Source: Thalia democratica (Eukaryota). From it: a stretch of 64,000 bases of DNA. Position 1 is the first letter of the stretch; each line of letters begins with the position of its first letter. Both the position numbers and the translations under genes were made by a program. This document shows positions 58,201 to 64,000 of the stretch, piece by piece. The notes below the pieces were generated by a model that saw only the letters and a program-made list of their open reading frames with translations, did no database searches and had not been told where the DNA came from. The stretch lies in NCBI GenBank assembly GCA_965202585.1, contig OZ241833.1, positions 31,124,001-31,188,000 on the forward strand. Direction: 5' to 3'.

Positions 58201-61074
58201 AAATAAAAAGTTTACAGTGTAAACTTTACACTATCCAATTTTATATGTATCACTATAAAAAAAATATTTTGGAATATAATATAAATAAAAAAACCTTACT
58301 TATTTTTAAAACAGCTTCCAAATTACTTTTTTATTGTATGTTCCTCAAAACTACACCGACTCAAAAATATTCGAACATTCACAACGGTCCTCAAAAAGTT
58401 CATTTACTTTGTTGCCGCCTCTCCACACTGCAATTCAAAAGTAAAAGCTGTTTTCAATGTTGTTAAAAGTATTGAGCACTCCATTCTCCAGCTCCCGTAG
58501 CTGGAGATGCTGTTAATGATGTTGCGATCGATTCTTACAAGGATGTAACAGAGCCGATGGTCGGGCAGTTTCAGATGACCGTACCGTTGAATGTGTTGGC
58601 TCATCTGGGCTGAAGTTCAACTGTTAACTATTTGTTGCTCGAAAAACTTCTAATAAAATAAATTGGTAACTTTCTTTAGTTTGAAGACTCCCCTTGAACA
58701 CGAAGATAATACAACGTAGTGTCAGCACTAAAAAGCTTTTTTTTTTAATATATGAGGAAACGTTTAAAGTAGCTGTTTAAAACTATATTTACAAGTAAAA
58801 AATGCTTTCTTCACTTCAAAGTTGAAAGAAATATCAAGTTTAAAGTAAAGTAAATTAGGTTTAGTATAAAAATAATAAATCATAAAACAATTGTTCGGTA
58901 TTTTACATGTTATATTTCAGAGCAGCAATTAGTTAAACAAATAAATAAGAATTGCAATATACTGAATTCAAAATTGTAAAGTAAAACTTATTTTAAAGTA
59001 TTTTCTAAACTTCTTAGTTTGCAAATTATTTTGATAATTATGATATTCTGTTTCAATATTTATACAATTATATAATTATTTTGGACGTACATTTATTTTA
59101 CTTTTTTAACTATTATAGTTAAAAATTCTCACTTCAGCATATGAGAATTAACATTAATAGTTATTTTTCAAAAATTAGTTTCATAAAAAAAACAAATTAA
59201 TTGATTTTCTATTTAAAAATTATAAAATTTTTAGTGAAGAGTGTTACAAACCACTAAAATATATCTTAAAAAGTTATAATAAATCATCAGTAAAACTAAT
59301 AAAAAGAAAGCTGTAAACTTAAAATTTTAATTTGTTGTTATTGGGTGATAATTTTATAAAATATAAATAAACTACATCATGGAAAACTAAAATAGTTATG
59401 TATTAAGTCAAATCTGTAAAAAAATAATACATGTACTAGTCTGTTTTTAAATAATAATACTAGTATGTGCTAAAGATAATACACTCAATGAAATACATAA
59501 AACATTAATGAACTTTAGTAAAAGTAGTACTTCTATTAAAATTTCAAAACAATTGTTAATAATGTATGACTTCAAAAGATGAAATGAGTTTCAACTTGTT
59601 TTTAAACATTTATTTAGTTAAACGTCTAGTTCCAGAACCTTGAAATTTAAAAGAAATAGTAAAAGGATTTTCGCCTTATGTTAAAAAAAGTTCAAATGTA
59701 CAGTGACAATTGAGAAAATAGTTAAATTAAAGTGCATTGTTTACTTTTTAAACTGTAAGCAGGTTTTAAAACCTATCGATATGATTTTTAAACTTAAAAC
59801 AACATTCATTTCAGTTACTAGTTGATTTTTATGAAGCTTCTTAACAAAAAAAGCGGTATTTGAGGTAAGCCGAGTAAAAAAAGAAAAATGTTATAAAGTT
59901 AAAAGGTATATCACTTGGATTGTACTTTTAACATTAACCGGATGTTTTTATTTACAGAATAAAACTGTTGTTCAAAGTTCAGTGGTATTTATTGTTGAAA
60001 GAAATCGATCTTTGTCCTTATAAAATATTCACAATGTTCAAAAAATTAAGATTTTTAAACTTTGAGTTTATTGAAAAAAGTAATTTTATAACATACACAT
60101 ACATTTTGCAACGATAAGTTTAAGAAGTTTTAAACTTTATAATTCTGACGTTTTAATTTATTTTTAACATTAATATGATAAATTAAATCAAAATTAAAAA
60201 CTTGCAAAAACAAAAATATTAACAATAAGGAAATTTTGTTAAACGTTATTATTTTATTAACAAGCTTAAATATTATCAAAATTAAAAAACGGCTTGATTA
60301 ATAAAAAAGTCACGATATATTATAAATTAATAATATTTTCAATTATAGTTTTTGGAAACAGATTTTTAGGCTTTTTTTAAACTATATTACTTTGAACTAC
60401 AGACGGTTTTACTAGAGAGCTTTAATCATATATCATTACTCAAACTGTAAAAAAAAAACTATATCGTTTTTTATAAATTTATAGTACAATACTCTTCGAA
60501 TATATAATAATTTTTTTAGTATTGATTTGAAAAGATTCACTTAAGTTTTGACAACAAGATTGTTAACCTTGGTATGGTGGTTATCTAATTTGATTCAAAA
60601 TTATTTTGTTATCAAGTAATTAGTTAAATTGAAAGTATGGAGATATCAGAAAAGATATTTTGTTGAGTATGTTTAATATCAGCTAAGTATTGTTTTTGTA
60701 AAGATCTGTTAGCTATATCATTTTTACATAAAGTGGTAAAGTACTTAACAAGTCTGAGACACTTAAAATTAAACGCAAATTTAAGTTAGGTTGAAAATGT
60801 GATTTTTATAAACATTTTAATGCAAATAAATTTTCGTTATAAATGAATGTTGATATTGTTTAGCCTTTCTAAACTACTTTAAATATTTTATAGTACTTAG
60901 CAGGTTTTTTTATCAAAAATACTTAAAAAACTGCTATGGTCCTGCTTATACTTTTTCTACATATTTAGTTTTAATATTAAATTTAATTTTGGTGTAAAAA
61001 TATATGCAATTTGTCCTTCAAAAATACTAAAATAAATTAATAAAACTCAGGAATTGTAGTTCAAAAAAGTAATT

Positions 61075-61407
61075 ATGTCGAAATATTGGGGTTTTGTGAA
61101 AAATGTCGTGACATATATAACAAGAGAGTTGTCAATCGAAGCAATAACTCGATTAGGTGATAACGCCCTAAAAAAAATTGGGGTTGATTTAAACTTGAAA
61201 AAAAAAAGAGAAGTATTTATTGACAGCTCTTATATCAACCAAAAAGCTCAGGAAAATTTGATAAAGAGTAAGGAGAAGGAAAATGCTGAGAAACTTTCTG
61301 GAGCTGATAGTGACCAGAAAACAGAAGCTTCTCTTGGAATTATTGGTACAATTAGAAAAAAAATTAGCAGTATTTCTTTGTGGCGTTCTGACCGCACTGA
61401 TTCTTGA
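61075..61407 (+). CDS. Hypothetical 110-aa protein (orphan ORF)
   Basis: ATG-initiated 333-nt ORF with mixed, protein-like composition in stop-rich AT DNA; no family recognised. Confidence 0.4.
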   Translation: MSKYWGFVKNVVTYITRELSIEAITRLGDNALKKIGVDLNLKKKREVFIDSSYINQKAQENLIKSKEKENAEKLSGADSDQKTEASLGIIGTIRKKISSISLWRSDRTDS

Positions 61408-62465
61408 TGAAGATAATTTTTTACAATCTTTTTTGTCCATACATTCAGCATCTTAAAGAACTACTTTATATATTTTTAAAGTTCTTTGCAGAATGTATGT
61501 CTTGTTAAACCAGTTAGTATAAAACTGTTAGTGGACAATTTTTTAATACTTTAAGTTTTTCTATATTTTCATATTTTATTTATAATTTTTATAATTTTAA
61601 ATGGGAATAAGAACAACCTTCAATTTTGAATCGGATTACAAGAACCATTTTAAGAAAAGAATAACAGCAAAGCTAAGATGAATTGTGGTCAATTATTTGG
61701 AGTTATTTGGTGCTAACGCTTAGCGAAGTTTGTTCCTGAGCGTATATTCACGTATACTATCCGCGTAGTAACGGCCGCATGACCGTATTAAAGATGAGTT
61801 TTCACAGGCGAAGATTTCTTATGTCAAACTTCATATTTGGATTGCAACAGGTTTCTCACAAAGCCAACGAGTATCAATTGAAGAACAATTCGAAAATATT
61901 CAGACATGAAACTCGGAACGGAACTTGAGTTTGCATGTGTCTGTAGCACACTTTCCTCCGTTGTCTAAATTGTAAACAGTAAAGAATGTATTTTGTCCTG
62001 TTGAATTGATGTGTTTTTCAAGCGTGTATAACTATTTACAGTTGCGTTTTTTAGTTTATAAGTGTTTTGTATTCCTTCGTTTCAATAAACTTCTTTGATT
62101 TAACGAATTGTTTATCTTTATTTTAAACCGAATGATGTTAGAATGACGATTAAATGTAAATAAAGTTTTTATTAATAGTAAGAAAATCTTACTATTTAAC
62201 TTAAAAACCTTTAAAACATGTTACATATTTCAAACATACTTTACTAATAGAAATTGGCATTCTTCTTTTAAACTGTTATCTATTTTTATAGATAGACTTT
62301 TAACATTAGAATATGTAGAATAATATACAAAGAATAATTTATTTACTTATAGTTTTAGTTACTTGAGGTTTTATTTGTTTTAAGCTTTAAAGCTTCAAAT
62401 ATCTGTATCAATATATTTGTATTTTGTAATGATTAAAGCGAATAATAATTACATTAAAAAATAAG

Positions 62466-62980
62466 TACCTTATCATGATAGTATTTTATTTGTGCTTTTA
62501 ACGAATGGAAGTTATACTTTTACCCTTATGTATATAGTCTTAACCACAATGAACACATATGTAAATAGTAAAAACATTTCACAAATTTCCGTGATGTTAA
62601 ATATATACCTTATAACAGTATCTATAACTTTGGCATATTGAAACAAATTCTTAATTTCAAAATGACGATCAGTATTTAGATGTAAAAAAATTAAACGATT
62701 AAAACGGTTAAGATCAATAGTTATAATTTAAAACTACTTAATTTTACTTATTTTCACTATTTCACTATTATTTTTTTTTACTTTTAATTCTACCTTATCA
62801 TGAAATTATTGTATTTGTGCTTTTAACGAGTGGAAGTTATACTTCTACCCTTATGTATATAGTGTTAACCATAATGAACACATATGTAAATAGTAAAAAC
62901 ATTCTAAAAATATCCATGATTTTTGAATATATACCATATAACTAAATATCTTTAATTTTTGCATATTAAAAAAATCTTAT
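62466..62980. repeat. Direct duplication of ~190 bp (62466-62655 and 62791-62980)
   Basis: taccttatcatga...gtgcttttaacga.tggaagttatactt...atgaacacatatgtaaatagtaaaaacatt occurs twice, 325 bp apart. Confidence 0.85.
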
Positions 62981-63469
62981 TCTTATCTACTTATTCTTTC
63001 AAATTATTTTCTATTTATTTTTACTATCAATGTTATCCCTAAAACTTACCTTTATCGGTCGGAGACATATTTTTCTTCTTATATTTTTGTTTTTTATTAA
63101 CTTGTTTTATTTTCTTAAAAATTTTTATTTTTTTAACCTGATCATTTCTAACCCGATTATATCTAACTCGATTATTTCTAACTCACTAATGTTTTTCCTC
63201 GATCTGTGTATACTTGTTTATTTTTTATCGTTTTAACTGAAAAGTCTGTTTTCGATTGCAAACTAAAAGGTCAGTTTGATTTGTACATTTACTGAGTAAT
63301 CCAAAAAAAGCTATTTTATGTTAGTTTTAATAATTACAATTTTTTTTAAGAATAATATTTAAATTAATACTTAGTACCTGTTTTCGATTGAAAAACAGAA
63401 GTCGATCGTGTTGTATAAATAAAAACCACCGGTGTTCACAGAAAATCCAGTGTAAGTTTTAGTTTGTTT

Positions 63470-63895
63470 TAACTTGTTGCCCCTTTGCAGCTTGTGGCCC
63501 CCTAAATTTCTAGAAATATTAAAACTTGAAGCAATTAAGATGTTATGCCCCCCCCCCACCTAGTAACATTTCACAAAAACTAGTTTTAAATACAACTAAA
63601 ACCTTATTCTTTTTTTTCTCTTCATTATCAACTTCAGGATATCTAGCGTAAGTTTTAAATTATGGCCTTGTGTCCCCCTCCCCTGTGCAGCTAATGGCCA
63701 GTCCCTAGTTTATTAAAATAGCCCACTTTGGGAGCCCCAGGTGTAATGTAAGTTTCAAAGCTACCCACCCTTAAATCAGCCTAAGACCTTTCACCATTAA
63801 CTCAAGAATACCTAGTGTAATAGAAACGTATGGCCCCCTTAAATTTCTAAAATTACCTCCAAGAAGGCCATATGGTACACTTTAGGAAACCCTTA
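63470..63895. mobile_element. Fragments of the hAT-like GGCCCCC element family
   Basis: gtggccccctaaatttctag, gcccactttgggagcccc and cactttaggaaaccct resemble 45875-46085. Confidence 0.45.
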
Positions 63896-64000
63896 TCTAG
63901 AATTATTTACTTTAGCCAAGTTTTTATAAACATAATATCTTCCAAAAATGTTAGTTACAAGCTGTGATAGTCACAATGTTAACTAATCGCTATCTAATAC

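Noticed and set aside
58404-58604. 66-aa minus-strand ORF in a GC-richer island
   Set aside because: No recognisable protein; may be 5' UTR/promoter of paralog A, but this cannot be supported.
61700-62100. LTR-like GC-richer segment
   Set aside because: No defined termini, TSD or coding remnant.

Overview
Eukaryotic, very AT-rich, intron-rich invertebrate genomic DNA; a tunicate-like metazoan is plausible but not provable from sequence. (1) At 1-7.9 kb, two tandem intronless PARP/ART-fold genes (one 5'-truncated) flank a decayed Penelope-like retroelement and a tRNA-derived repeat. (2) From 8.9 to 53.2 kb are two tandem minus-strand syntaxin-1-family (Qa-SNARE) genes, which I assembled exon by exon. 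Upstream paralog A (53153-33914, ~304 aa) is divergent. Downstream paralog B (28411-8877, ~295 aa) is STX1-like and carries a modular C-terminal cassette system: two duplicated 111-nt exons for the C-terminal half of the SNARE motif, then at least four alternative transmembrane exons. One of these appears to splice on to an acidic luminal tail, and there is a probable TM-less exon. The two paralogs share a 77-nt perfectly identical tract in the N-half of the SNARE motif. (3) Introns contain palindromic elements with a minimal hammerhead-ribozyme motif in each arm, hAT- and Kolobok-like MITEs, tandem 'echo' copies of exon 3' ends with their donors, an RFX X-box cluster, and a strong excess of TGACGTCA near GC3-rich exons. 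(4) A possible orphan ORF lies at 61.1 kb. All splice models are inferred from sequence only; there is no transcript evidence.
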